DNA of 64,000 nt from an uncultured Bacillota bacterium (GCA_942493215.1 OW818670.1:153209-217208); one strand, 5' to 3'; positions 9,674-19,990 are shown, counted from the stretch's first letter. Notes: a model not told the origin generated them from the sequence alone. Program-made: numbers and translations.

Positions 9674-10774
9674 TTAGTCATAACAGTTTTTCTTATTAAT
9701 AATATAATTTTTAAGTTCCATATTATTATTAGTTATTACTCTATTTAATACAGCAATCTCTAAATCTAATAATACTTTCTTTAAGAAAGGTCCGGGTTGC
9801 CTATCTAAAATACAACAAATATCATTAGTTGATATCTTTAAATCCTTTAAACTTTTAATAGGTAATCCATCATACCTATTAGTAATAATTCTTCGATCTA
9901 TTCCTTTAATATCACCAACAATAGAAGATATATATAATCCATATTTATATAAATTATAATTATCTAAATTATCTTGTTGTAATAATTCTTGAATTTTAAT
10001 TATTTGATCTTTCTCACCACACGAAAAATTATAAATATCTAGAACATCTAATTGAGTCCATATCCCAATTAAATCCTTAGTTAGCTTAATATTCTTTAAT
10101 AGAGGTATATCTAAATAAGATGTTAAATCTAAATCCAATAACAATTGTTGACCATTTAAAGCATTACTACTTAAGAAGATCTTATTAAGTTCTTCCTTTT
10201 TACGATAATAAGAAATATTCTTTAATAAATAACCGTATTCTTTTATCTTTTGAACTAAATAAGGATCAATCGTAAAGTTTAAGACAGTAGCAAATCGGAC
10301 AGCTCGTAATATTCTTAAAGCATCTTCTTGTAATTTTTGATTGGCATCGCCTACCATTCTGATTACTTTGCAATCAATATCGACTTTCCCATCTAATAAA
10401 TCCATTAATTCACCATTACTATTTAAACATAAGGTATTAATAGTAAAATCTCGTCGTAATAGATCAGTCTTTAAATCATGAATATACTCTACTTTAACAG
10501 GAATACGATTATTAGCATACTTTAATTCCCGTCTAAAGGTCGTAATTTCAAAACGATATTTATTAGAATATAGAGTTACACCCCCATATTGTTCTTTAGG
10601 AAGATTCGCTTCTTCAAATATATCTTTTAACTCACGGGGAGTAGCATCAGTACATATATCAACATCAATACTGGCTCTTTTCATATATAAGTCACGAGGA
10701 AAACCCCCAACTATATAGGCTTGAAAACCACTATTCTCAATTCTCTTAATTATTTTAAGTGCTGTTTCTAACAT
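9674..10774 (-). CDS. cca: CCA-adding tRNA nucleotidyltransferase
   Basis: PolyA-polymerase head domain (GGFPRDLYM...DVDI) and a tRNA-NT C-terminal region. Confidence 0.85.
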   Translation of the reverse strand: MLETALKIIKRIENSGFQAYIVGGFPRDLYMKRASIDVDICTDATPRELKDIFEEANLPKEQYGGVTLYSNKYRFEITTFRRELKYANNRIPVKVEYIHDLKTDLLRRDFTINTLCLNSNGELMDLLDGKVDIDCKVIRMVGDANQKLQEDALRILRAVRFATVLNFTIDPYLVQKIKEYGYLLKNISYYRKKEELNKIFLSSNALNGQQLLLDLDLTSYLDIPLLKNIKLTKDLIGIWTQLDVLDIYNFSCGEKDQIIKIQELLQQDNLDNYNLYKYGLYISSIVGDIKGIDRRIITNRYDGLPIKSLKDLKISTNDICCILDRQPGPFLKKVLLDLEIAVLNRVITNNNMELKNYIINKKNCYD

Positions 10775-10810
10775 TAATCACCTATACCAAAAAAAAAGGC
10801 TTAATGCCTT

Positions 10811-11083
10811 TTAGTTTAAAGCTTCTTTTAATTTAGATCCAGCTTTAACTGCAACAGCAACTCTTGCTGGAATATGAACTTTTTCACCAGTTCTAGGATT
10901 ACGAGCATCTTTAGCTGCTTTTTTCTTAGCAGTAAAAGTACAGAAACCTGTTAATGCTACTTTACCTTCTTTTTTTAAGCCTTTCATTATTCCATCCATC
11001 ATAGCCTCTAAAGCACGAGATGAATCAGCTTTTGTTAAGCCTGTTTCTTCAGCAATAAAATTTACTAAATCAGTTTTTGACAT
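10811..11083 (-). CDS. hup: DNA-binding protein HU
   Basis: HU/IHF fold (MSKTDLVNFIAEETGLTKADS...GFCTFTAKKKAAKDARNPRTGEKVHIPA). The start was moved to the third ATG (11083), 7 nt after GGGAGGT. Confidence 0.95.
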   Translation of the reverse strand: MSKTDLVNFIAEETGLTKADSSRALEAMMDGIMKGLKKEGKVALTGFCTFTAKKKAAKDARNPRTGEKVHIPARVAVAVKAGSKLKEALN

Positions 11084-11213
11084 ATTCATTACCTCCCTAT
11101 TTCTGTTAAGCTACCTTGCTTACAATTAAAGAATACCATTTTTAATCAATAAAATCAATATTTTTTAAACATTTTTATTAATTATTTATAAAATTATTCC
11201 AAAAACTAAGCCT

Positions 11214-12056
11214 TTATAAGACTTTTTTCTTCTTTTTTACTCTTATTTCCACTATATCCATGGCAAATAAATCATTAAAATATTTCAAAATACCGGCACT
11301 ATCACTTAATTTAATAACTCCACTATTAATTATAATAACAGTATTATTTTTATAAATAATACCCCTAACATTTTTAGGAAATAGTCTTTTAAAAGGCGCT
11401 ATAATACCCCAGTTACCAGGAATCCATGATGGTAAAAGACCACCATGGGTATGACCCGTTAATATTAAATCAATGTTCCTGACATAGTTGATTAAATTAC
11501 CTTCTAATATACCAATTGGTGTATGCATTAACAAAATATTATACTTTTGACGAGAAATATTTAAGAAGTTTTTTCTAAAATCATTATATAAAGACTCATA
11601 ATCTGACTCATCATTATCATAATAACTAACAGGAGGATTATACCCCATAAAACAAATATGATCATCCTCATATGATTCGTTTATTAAAAAATGAACATTT
11701 TTAATGTTTTTTAATCCTTTAATAAAAAGATTATCAGGATCTTTCCAATTATGACGTCCCGAATCAACATCATGATTACCAATAATAATCATAACTGGAC
11801 ACAGATTACCAATTTGCTCTAACCACGATAGAAAGATATCACTATTTTTTTGAGTATTACCAAAATCGTAAGTATCCATTAAATCCCCAGTAACACATAC
11901 ATAATCAGGACAAGCTTCTTTGATAGCGTTAAAAATAATATCTAACCTTTTAGTATTATAATTATTGCAAAAATGAACATCAGAAATATGGATAATATGC
12001 AAATCTTTAATACTTTTAAAAGTATTAAGATTATAGGTTGTTTTTTTAAATCGCAT
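11214..12056 (-). CDS. Calcineurin-like metallophosphoesterase
   Basis: HISDVH...GDLMD...GNHD...GHTH metallophosphatase motifs. Confidence 0.8.
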   Translation of the reverse strand: MRFKKTTYNLNTFKSIKDLHIIHISDVHFCNNYNTKRLDIIFNAIKEACPDYVCVTGDLMDTYDFGNTQKNSDIFLSWLEQIGNLCPVMIIIGNHDVDSGRHNWKDPDNLFIKGLKNIKNVHFLINESYEDDHICFMGYNPPVSYYDNDESDYESLYNDFRKNFLNISRQKYNILLMHTPIGILEGNLINYVRNIDLILTGHTHGGLLPSWIPGNWGIIAPFKRLFPKNVRGIIYKNNTVIIINSGVIKLSDSAGILKYFNDLFAMDIVEIRVKKKKKVL

Positions 12057-12229
12057 TATAATTCACCTATTTAATTATACACGTTCCTCCTTCGTTTATG
12101 AATAGCTATTTTTTTAATATAATAACCTATAACCATTATTTATCTAACATATTTATAATAAAAGCTTGTTTTCTCTTGTATTTATTTGTTTTATATATTA
12201 TAATTAGTTGTCAAAAGAAAGAGGAATTT

Positions 12230-13825
12230 ATGAATTATGAACATTTTAATGATTTAGGCTTAGATACTAAAGTATTAAAGTCTATTGAAACACTTGGTTT
12301 TGAAACTCCAAGTAAAATCCAAAAAGAAATTATCCCCTTAATATTAAAAGGTTTTGATTGTTTAGGTCAAGCTCAAACCGGAACTGGCAAAACATTAGCC
12401 TTTGCGGCTAGTATTTTATCAAAAATAAATGTTATGGGTAATGTTGTTAAAGCTATTATTTTAGTGCCAACTAGAGAGCTAGCTTTACAAGTAAGTGAAG
12501 AATTTGAAACTTTAAATAAATCTAGTCAATTTAATATTTTGGCTGTTTTTGGTGGTTCTAGTATTGAACTTCAAATTAAAGCTTTAAAAAGAGGTGTCGA
12601 CATTGTTGTTGGAACACCAGGTCGTATCAATGATTTAATTGTTCGTCGCGTTTTAAAATTAGATAATATTGAATTTTTTGTCTTAGATGAAGCTGATGAA
12701 ATGCTTAATATGGGATTTGAAGAAGATATTCATACCATCTTCAATAAAACACCCGAGAAAAAACAAGTATTACTATTCTCCGCAACTATGCCTAAAGCAA
12801 TCTTAAATATCGCTAATAAATATATGAAAAAAGACTACCAACATATTAATATTGCTGAAAAGAGTAATACGTCGATTAATGTTAGTCAGTATTATTATCT
12901 AGTCAATGAGAGAACAAGAACTGAAGCTTTATGCCGCGTTGTTGATGTAAAGAATCCAACTCTCGCTTTAATCTTCTGTCAACGTAAAAGTGATGTTGAT
13001 ACCCTTTTAACCGAATTAGCGAAGCGTAATTATAGTGCCGAAGCAATGCACGGTGATATTGCTCAAAATATGCGAATTCAAACCTTAGAACGTTTTAAAG
13101 AAGGGGCATTCACCTACTTAATCGCAACTGATGTAGCTGCTCGTGGAATTCATGTTAATAATATTGATTTAGTTATTAATTATAATCTTCCTCAAGATGT
13201 TGATTCTTATATCCATCGGGTTGGAAGAACAGGTCGAGCTGGTGAAACAGGTGAAGCCATTAGTTTTGTAACACCTAAAGAAGTAAGATTTCTAGAAGAT
13301 GTTGAACGAATTGCTAAATGTACTATTACTAAATGTGAATTACCTGATCTAAAGAGTATTATCGAATCTAAATATCAACGCATTATTAAAGATGTCAATA
13401 CTTTACTAGATAATAAAGACTATGAGGAATGTTTACCTTATGTCAGAGATATGAATAAAGAAGATTCAATTCGTTTCTCTGCTTCTTTATTAAAAATGAT
13501 GCTAAGTAAAGAAATCGGTTCCGATTTTAATAAAGAAATCGTTGTTAAAGAACGCTATGATCGTCGTGATATTGTTAATAAGAATGCAACTAGATTATTC
13601 TTAACGGTTGGAACAATTGATGGTATTAAAAAAGGATCATTACTTGATTTCTTAAAAGAAACAACTCATATTGATAAAGCTTGTTTTAATAATATTGAAG
13701 TATTAAGTAAATTTACCTTTATGGATGTTGATAATAAAATGGTCGATGAAGTTATTAAGAAACTATCTAATAAAAAATTTAGAGATCGTACTATTAGAGT
13801 TGAAAAGGCAGGAAAAAAGAAGTAA
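12230..13825 (+). CDS. cshA: DEAD-box ATP-dependent RNA helicase (CshA/DeaD-like)
   Basis: Q-motif, Walker A (AQTGTGKT), DEAD, SAT, HRVGRTGR and a C-terminal basic RNA-binding tail. The start was trimmed to ATG 12230, downstream of AAGAAAGAGGA. The track ORF start at 12098 adds an implausible hydrophobic leader. Confidence 0.9.
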   Translation: MNYEHFNDLGLDTKVLKSIETLGFETPSKIQKEIIPLILKGFDCLGQAQTGTGKTLAFAASILSKINVMGNVVKAIILVPTRELALQVSEEFETLNKSSQFNILAVFGGSSIELQIKALKRGVDIVVGTPGRINDLIVRRVLKLDNIEFFVLDEADEMLNMGFEEDIHTIFNKTPEKKQVLLFSATMPKAILNIANKYMKKDYQHINIAEKSNTSINVSQYYYLVNERTRTEALCRVVDVKNPTLALIFCQRKSDVDTLLTELAKRNYSAEAMHGDIAQNMRIQTLERFKEGAFTYLIATDVAARGIHVNNIDLVINYNLPQDVDSYIHRVGRTGRAGETGEAISFVTPKEVRFLEDVERIAKCTITKCELPDLKSIIESKYQRIIKDVNTLLDNKDYEECLPYVRDMNKEDSIRFSASLLKMMLSKEIGSDFNKEIVVKERYDRRDIVNKNATRLFLTVGTIDGIKKGSLLDFLKETTHIDKACFNNIEVLSKFTFMDVDNKMVDEVIKKLSNKKFRDRTIRVEKAGKKK

Positions 13826-13829
13826 TTAT
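13784..13829. repeat. Direct repeat copy 1: native 3' end of cshA (last 14 codons + stop + 4 nt)
   Basis: GATCGTACTATTAGAGTTGAAAAGGCAGGAAAAAAGAAGTAATTAT. It recurs at 14860..14905 with 2 mismatches. Confidence 0.85.
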
Positions 13830-13847
13830 TTTAAATTTTTAGAATGA

Positions 13848-13884
13848 AAGTAGAAATAAAAAGATATGTTCTACTTTTTCTTTT
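13848..13884 (+). terminator. Rho-independent terminator of cshA
   Basis: Hairpin AAGTAGAA-(13 nt loop)-TTCTACTT followed by a U-run (TTTTCTTTT). Confidence 0.6.
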
Positions 13885-14233
13885 GATAAAATTATTATTA
13901 GAAAATGAAAAGATAGGCCTAAAGTGATAACAAACAAATACTGAACTAAATACGAAAAATAAAACATTATTTTAGAAATATTAAATAATGAGATATCAAT
14001 AGAAATGAATATTTTTAGACTTTAATGTAAAAGAAAACGAAATCATTGAAGAATATATAGTTGAAATAATATATGATTAAGCAATTTATGACCTGTTTAG
14101 AATTTAAATATTAAAATAAGTTGATGTATAGAACCAAACTGGGATTTATTCATATCCTTTTACTGTCTACTTTTTATTGGCAAATTTATTTTACAGAGCT
14201 TATTCTTCTTAAATCTATTTTTATTAAAAAAAA

Positions 14234-14265
14234 TTGACATTAATAAAATAAAGTGATAGTATAAT
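14234..14265 (+). promoter_or_regulatory. Sigma-A-type promoter of the inserted orphan gene
   Basis: TTGACA (14234..14239), a 17-bp spacer, then an extended -10 TGaTAGTAT. A perfect TATAAT lies 3 nt further on. Confidence 0.55.
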
Positions 14266-14292
14266 TTGAAAATATATTTTAGGAGGGTTTCT

Positions 14293-14832
14293 ATGGGAAA
14301 AAGAGAATTTTATAATGCATTCATTTTAATAGATCGACTTGACAAAGAATTGGTTAAAGAAATAAGTAGTAATGATATTTTTTGGATTACGAGTGATGAT
14401 AACATTATTAATATGGTCATTAACAGTGTAATTCCTAGTATTCACGAATCTGTCACAAAGAGCAAATTCTTTGGTATTGAAAGGCCTACAAAGGTGATAA
14501 GATTTGATTCTGTAAGAATTTATGTTGAGAAGAAAGGAGATAGGTATTTTGATGTTATTTCACAAATAGAAATAAAAAACGGAATCCAAAGAGAATTTGG
14601 AGAAATTGATGATATAGCATTCGACGGTCTATCTGAGATAAGAGAATCAGATGTTGTTCGCCAATTAGAAGATATAAAAAATTGTATGAATCCAAATCAA
14701 GCATATTGTACATATTGTAGTAAATTAAAGAAAATGAGAGACCTGGCTATAAGTAGATATCATAAACATTCACTAAAAACTGATATAATTACTGATTTTC
14801 AAAGAAAATACGGGCCAAAATGCAAACAATAA
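14293..14832 (+). CDS. Orphan hypothetical protein (179 aa) carried on the cshA-3' insertion
   Basis: ORF with AGGAGGG 7 nt before ATG 14293. The track ORF start at 14266 precedes the predicted transcription start. No recognisable domain. The C-terminus has a CxxC and His/Lys-rich stretch (CTYCSKLKKMRDLAISRYHKH). Confidence 0.6.
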   Translation: MGKREFYNAFILIDRLDKELVKEISSNDIFWITSDDNIINMVINSVIPSIHESVTKSKFFGIERPTKVIRFDSVRIYVEKKGDRYFDVISQIEIKNGIQREFGEIDDIAFDGLSEIRESDVVRQLEDIKNCMNPNQAYCTYCSKLKKMRDLAISRYHKHSLKTDIITDFQRKYGPKCKQ

Positions 14833-14859
14833 TGTATATATTTAAATAAAAAATATAAA

Positions 14860-14905
14860 GATCATACTATTAGAGTTGAAAAAGCAGGAAAAAAGAAGTA
14901 ATTAT
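14860..14905. repeat. Direct repeat copy 2: degenerate duplicate of the cshA 3' end, abutting the NUDIX gene stop
   Basis: GATCATACTATTAGAGTTGAAAAAGCAGGAAAAAAGAAGTAATTAT (44/46 identical to copy 1). Its TAA (14899..14901) sits next to the minus-strand NUDIX stop (14902..14904). Confidence 0.85.
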
Positions 14906-15396
14906 ATTACTTCTTTTATTATGTGATGAGTAAAGTTATAATCTCTATCAATTAATCTATCTTTTATAAGTTTGGGCTTAAAATTAATATCCTCTAATTC
15001 TTTAGCTGTTACCCATCTAAATTCTAGTGGTTTTTCAATTCCCTTATCATTTTCAATAATAGTATAATCTTCTAATCTAGCTTCTTTAATATTGATAGGT
15101 TCAACTAGAAAATAAAAGCCGATTTCATGAAAAGGATTACTATTATGTCCTTTGAAAAAGTTTTCAATAACAGCTATATTATTTATTATCTTAACAGGAT
15201 AACCTAATTCTTCATGCATTTCTCGACAGATAGCTTCATTGCTATCTTCACCCAGTTCAACATGACCACCTGGTAGACAATAAAAGGGGTTATTACATAT
15301 TCTAACAATTAAGAATTTATTATTAGCACAAACAATTCCTCCCACCCGATACTTAAAATTGCCTTCATTAGTTGTTAATTTAACATCTACTGCCAT
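14902..15396 (-). CDS. NUDIX hydrolase
   Basis: Nudix box GGHVELGEDSNEAICREMHEELG. Confidence 0.85.
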   Translation of the reverse strand: MAVDVKLTTNEGNFKYRVGGIVCANNKFLIVRICNNPFYCLPGGHVELGEDSNEAICREMHEELGYPVKIINNIAVIENFFKGHNSNPFHEIGFYFLVEPINIKEARLEDYTIIENDKGIEKPLEFRWVTAKELEDINFKPKLIKDRLIDRDYNFTHHIIKEVI

Positions 15397-15450
15397 ATCA
15401 TCACTCCCAATTTATTATAACACTTAAAAAGAAATAGTTAATACTATTTC

Positions 15451-16926
15451 TTATAAAACAATAGCAAATAAATTGCCTGAACCTCTATTAACTAATTTAC
15501 ATAATGTTTGCTGCAATTTATGACGAGCGTTTTCTGGTGTTAATGATAATTTAGCTTGAATACCTTCTTTAACTATGACATCTAAACTACGACCAAATAT
15601 TTCGCTTTTCCATATATTAGCTGGATTAAGATCATAGTCTTTCATTAGATAATTAATTAATTCTTTACTTTGAATTTCTGATCCAATTATTGGTTCAAAA
15701 GTACTTTCAACATCAACTCTTATCATATGAATAGAAGGAGCAACTGCTTTAAGCTTAATACCATAACGACTACCTTGTCTAATAATCTCTGGCGTATCAA
15801 GTTTCATATCTAATAAAGTTGGTGAAGCTACGCCATAACCAGTTGCTTTAACCATTTTTAAAGCTCCTTTAATTTGATCATATTCATATTTAGCTTCATT
15901 ATAGTCTTGAAATAGCTTTAATAAGTCAGCTTTATTAGTAATATCGACATTAATTATTTCTTTTAACACCTGATTATATAATTCAACTGGTGCTTGTAAA
16001 TTAATTGTTACTTCACCACTAGAAGTATTAACATCAGATAAATAGGCTTTACTAATATATTCACAATCCGTAAAATGGGTCGTAATATCTTCAATATCTC
16101 TTAACTTATCAACACTAATAACACTTTCTTTAATTTTTGAAACATATACTTGTTTTAACCAGTTATTAGGGGCTAAACAAGCAATCCATTCTGGCATATT
16201 AACATTTACTTCTAAAACAGGGAATTCATATAATGCCTCTCTTAAAATATTATAAATGTCTTTTTCAATCATTGTTTCGACACTAATTGGTAAAACCGGA
16301 ACATCATAAGTAATATGAAGTTTTTCGGCTAATCGTTCAGTATCTGGTAACATTGGATGCGTTGAATTTAAAATAACAATAAATGGTTTACCAATATCTT
16401 TTAATTCACTTATAACTCTTGTTTCGGCTTCGACATAATCGTTACGATTTAACTCACCAATAGAACCATCAGTCGTAATAACAATACCAATTGATGAATG
16501 ATCACGAATAACTTTTTCGGTACCAATTTCAGCTGCTTCAATAAAGGGTATTTCTTCATCAAACCATGGTGTTTTTACCATTCTAGGACCATTTTCATCT
16601 TCATAACCTTTACAGTTAGGTATGACATACCCCACACAATCAACTAGTCTAATATTAGCGTAAAAATCATCTATCTTAACCTTAGCAGCATGACTAGGAA
16701 CAAACTTTGGTTCCGTCGTCATAATCATTTTTCCTTGCGCACTTTGAGGTATCTCATCTAAGGCTCTTTTTCGTTCATATTCATCTTCAATATTAGGAAC
16801 AACTAAATTCTCAATGAATTTCTTTATAAATGTTGATTTACCCGTTCTAACAGCTCCTACAACCCCTAAATATATATCGCCACCGGTACGCTCAGTAATA
16901 CTTTTGATAATATCAATTTTTTCCAT
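15451..16926 (-). CDS. spoIVA: Stage IV sporulation protein A (spore coat basement-layer ATPase)
   Basis: 491 aa with an N-terminal Walker A (GVVGAVRTGKSTFIKKF) and a highly conserved SpoIVA body. SD AGGGG precedes the ATG. Confidence 0.92.
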   Translation of the reverse strand: MEKIDIIKSITERTGGDIYLGVVGAVRTGKSTFIKKFIENLVVPNIEDEYERKRALDEIPQSAQGKMIMTTEPKFVPSHAAKVKIDDFYANIRLVDCVGYVIPNCKGYEDENGPRMVKTPWFDEEIPFIEAAEIGTEKVIRDHSSIGIVITTDGSIGELNRNDYVEAETRVISELKDIGKPFIVILNSTHPMLPDTERLAEKLHITYDVPVLPISVETMIEKDIYNILREALYEFPVLEVNVNMPEWIACLAPNNWLKQVYVSKIKESVISVDKLRDIEDITTHFTDCEYISKAYLSDVNTSSGEVTINLQAPVELYNQVLKEIINVDITNKADLLKLFQDYNEAKYEYDQIKGALKMVKATGYGVASPTLLDMKLDTPEIIRQGSRYGIKLKAVAPSIHMIRVDVESTFEPIIGSEIQSKELINYLMKDYDLNPANIWKSEIFGRSLDVIVKEGIQAKLSLTPENARHKLQQTLCKLVNRGSGNLFAIVL

Positions 16927-17052
16927 ATAACCCCTACTTTCCTCTAATTCATTAAAATATATGAGAAAAATAAGTAATATATGATAAATTGTTAATAAAT
17001 ACTATAAATTATGTGTATTTATTGTCTTTCTTTTGGAAATAAATCCTCCTAA

Positions 17053-18636
17053 ATGTATATTTTTACCAATTGTACTAATAATATTAATGATTTTTATGGG
17101 GGTGATAATATTTTTTTTAATAGAAATAAGACTGTTCAAAAAAAAGTTGATGAAATCAATAAGTCTTTAGAAAATTATTGTGTTTCTAAAGATTTAGAAC
17201 TTAATATAACAGTTATGAACAAACTATTTCAAGATGATGATACTATTATCCCTCGCAACATTATTAATAATAACCATTCATATAAATATTGTTTATTTTA
17301 TTGTAATGGTATGGTTGATCAAATAATACTTAATGAGAATATTATTAAACCCCTAATGTTATCTGATATTACTATCCCTGAAGAAAATTTTATTGATGTC
17401 CTAACAAATAATGTTTTACTAATTAATGAAGTCAAAAAAACTAATAATATGAAACAAGTTATTGAAAATGTTACTTATGGTGATACAATTTTATTTATTG
17501 ATAAATTTGATTATGCTCTTATTTTAAGCACTAAAAATTTTAAAATACGAGATATTAATGAACCGGAAAACGAAAAAATATTATCTGGTCCTCATGAGGG
17601 TTTCAATGAATCAATTTTTTCAAATCTTTCCTTAATCCATCGTAAATTACGTACTAATAATTTAAAAATTAAGTATCTTAAAATTGGTGAGGAAAGTAAT
17701 ACAATGGTTTGTATTTGTTATTTAGATAATATTGTCAATAAAAAGATTCTTAACGAATTATATATACGCCTTAATAAAATTAAAATTGATGGCATTTTAG
17801 ATTCTCATTATATAAATGAAATAATCAAAGATGCCCCCTTTTCCTTATTCCGTACAACTGGTTCTACAGAAAGACCAGATGCTGTTATCGGTAAGATGTT
17901 AGAAGGACGAATTGCCATAATGGTTGATGGAACACCAACCGTATTAACTGTACCCTACCTATTCATTGAAAACTTTCAAAGTAGTGAAGATTACTATATG
18001 AACTTTTATTATACTAGTTTTACACGCTTTACTCGTATTTTGGGCTTTATACTTACGATTATGATTCCAGCTTTTTATGTTTCTATTGTTGCTTATCATC
18101 AGGAGATGTTGCCTACTAATCTCTTTATTAACATTGCTATGGAACGGCAAAATGCCCCCTTACCAGCCGCTTTAGAATGTTTTATTATGTTAATTGTTTT
18201 TGATATATTAAAAGAAACAGGTATTCGAATGCCATCTAATATTGGCCAAGCTTTAAGCATTGTTGGAGCTTTAGTTATTGGTCAATCAGCTGTTGAAGCT
18301 AAATTAGTAGCCGCACCTATGATTATTGTTGTAGCTAGTACGGGTATTACTAGTTTATTGGTTCCTAAATTAAGTTCACCCGTAATATTTGTTCGTTTCA
18401 TTTTATTAGCATTAGCAAGCGTTTTAGGATTTTATGGGTTACTGCTTGGAATATCATGGGTAATTATTAACATTCTTAATTTGCGTTCGTTTGGAGTCCC
18501 CGAAATAACAATTTCCGGCAATATTACAATGCAAAATATTAAAGACCAAATTGTAAGAACTTCTTGGAAAAATATGCATATGCGACCAAAGTTTATTACT
18601 AATAATCGTCAAAGGATGAATAATAATGAAAACTAA
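17053..18636 (+). CDS. Spore germination protein, GerA family A subunit
   Basis: GerAA-family signature (GRIAIMVDGTPTVLTVP...DYY...) with a C-terminal multi-TM domain. The start codon is uncertain because there is no SD at 17053. The next in-frame ATG is 17218. Confidence 0.8.
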   Translation: MYIFTNCTNNINDFYGGDNIFFNRNKTVQKKVDEINKSLENYCVSKDLELNITVMNKLFQDDDTIIPRNIINNNHSYKYCLFYCNGMVDQIILNENIIKPLMLSDITIPEENFIDVLTNNVLLINEVKKTNNMKQVIENVTYGDTILFIDKFDYALILSTKNFKIRDINEPENEKILSGPHEGFNESIFSNLSLIHRKLRTNNLKIKYLKIGEESNTMVCICYLDNIVNKKILNELYIRLNKIKIDGILDSHYINEIIKDAPFSLFRTTGSTERPDAVIGKMLEGRIAIMVDGTPTVLTVPYLFIENFQSSEDYYMNFYYTSFTRFTRILGFILTIMIPAFYVSIVAYHQEMLPTNLFINIAMERQNAPLPAALECFIMLIVFDILKETGIRMPSNIGQALSIVGALVIGQSAVEAKLVAAPMIIVVASTGITSLLVPKLSSPVIFVRFILLALASVLGFYGLLLGISWVIINILNLRSFGVPEITISGNITMQNIKDQIVRTSWKNMHMRPKFITNNRQRMNNNEN

Positions 18637-19765
18637 AAAAAGATTACTTATCTTGACTCTTATTTTGGGATCATTTATTTTAACGGGATGTTGGAACTAT
18701 GTTGGTCTAAACGAAATGACTATTGTTACAGGATTTGCTATTGATAAAACAAAGGATAACAAATATTATCATACCACTTTTGAAATAGTTGATATGGTTA
18801 AATCAAATAAGCAAGAAGGGATAAAAACCAAAATAATCGAGTCTGATGGAGAAACCCTTTTCCAAGCTATTCGTAATGCTAAAAAAAGAATTACCAATAA
18901 ATTATATTTTGCTAATGCTCAAATTATAATAATCAATGAAAATATTGCCAAAAACGAAGGAATTAATAATATCATTAATTGGTTTTTAAGAGATGCTGAA
19001 GTCCGAGAAACAATGAATGTTATAATAGCTAAAAATAGTAGTGCAAAAGACATTATTAATATAAAGGGATTAGGAAATTCTATTACTTCCTATGAAATAA
19101 ATGGGATAATAAAAAGAGATAGTGATGTAACATCATCAACATATGATACCCAATTATATAATACCTATAATGTTCTTAATGGTTATGGTTTATCACTTGT
19201 TCTACCCGCTCTTCATATCGTTAATAATGATGATGAAAAAGTCGTTGAAGCAGACGGTATTGCTATTTTTGATAAAGATAAATTAATTGGGTATTTAAAT
19301 GCTACTCAAGTTGAACCCTACCTTTTTGCGGTTGGTAAATCCCGTGGTGGTATTATCGCTATAAGTGATAATACCAATAAAAAACCCGATATCTCTTTAG
19401 AAATATCCGAAGTTAATGAAAAAAAATCTTATACTTACAATAAAAAAAAAATTGAATTCAAAATTGACTTAGAAATAAAAGTTTATTTAGGTGAATATAT
19501 GAGCCAAAAAAAAGTTTTGACAGAAAAACAAATTGCCGAACTAGAAATTCAAGCCAACAAACAAATAAATAAAGAAGTTGGAAACGTTATTAATAAAATC
19601 CAAACCGAATTTGGTGCTGATATTCTTGGTTTTGGTCAATACATTTATAAACATAATCCTAATTTATATAAAGATTTAAATAAAGATTGGAAAAATTATT
19701 TTAAAAATACTGAAGTAAACGTTAATAGTAAGGTTACTATTGTTAACACAGCATTTATGAAATAA
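18626..19765 (+). CDS. Spore germination protein, GerA family C subunit (lipoprotein)
   Basis: Lipobox LTGC at the N-terminus. GerAC-like length. Operon position after the A subunit. Confidence 0.78.
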   Translation: MKTKKRLLILTLILGSFILTGCWNYVGLNEMTIVTGFAIDKTKDNKYYHTTFEIVDMVKSNKQEGIKTKIIESDGETLFQAIRNAKKRITNKLYFANAQIIIINENIAKNEGINNIINWFLRDAEVRETMNVIIAKNSSAKDIINIKGLGNSITSYEINGIIKRDSDVTSSTYDTQLYNTYNVLNGYGLSLVLPALHIVNNDDEKVVEADGIAIFDKDKLIGYLNATQVEPYLFAVGKSRGGIIAISDNTNKKPDISLEISEVNEKKSYTYNKKKIEFKIDLEIKVYLGEYMSQKKVLTEKQIAELEIQANKQINKEVGNVINKIQTEFGADILGFGQYIYKHNPNLYKDLNKDWKNYFKNTEVNVNSKVTIVNTAFMK

Positions 19766-19776
19766 TGGAGTGATAT

Positions 19777-19986
19777 ATGGAAATAATTATTCTTGTTGTA
19801 GTTTATATGTTTATTATTATAAGTGAATTATTGCCTCTAATTAAAAAAAGAAGAACCAAAGAGGTATGGGTATATGTTGGTGGTCTAATAGTTAGTTTTA
19901 TTATTCTTTTATTGTTTAGTTTAGAAGTAAAAATACCAAGCCCCACTACTTTAATAAAATCCATAGTAAAAATTTTTATTAGTTAA
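19777..19986 (+). CDS. Small two-TM protein, germinant-receptor D-subunit-like
   Basis: 69 aa with two hydrophobic helices, sitting between the C and B subunit genes. Such D genes occur in a subset of gerA-type operons. Confidence 0.4.
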   Translation: MEIIILVVVYMFIIISELLPLIKKRRTKEVWVYVGGLIVSFIILLLFSLEVKIPSPTTLIKSIVKIFIS

Positions 19987-19990
19987 AGAG

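Noticed and set aside
14266-14292. ATG at 14266 as the start of the inserted orphan gene
   Set aside because: It lies at or before the predicted transcription start of the TTGACA/extended -10 promoter and has no SD. ATG 14293 is preceded by AGGAGGG.
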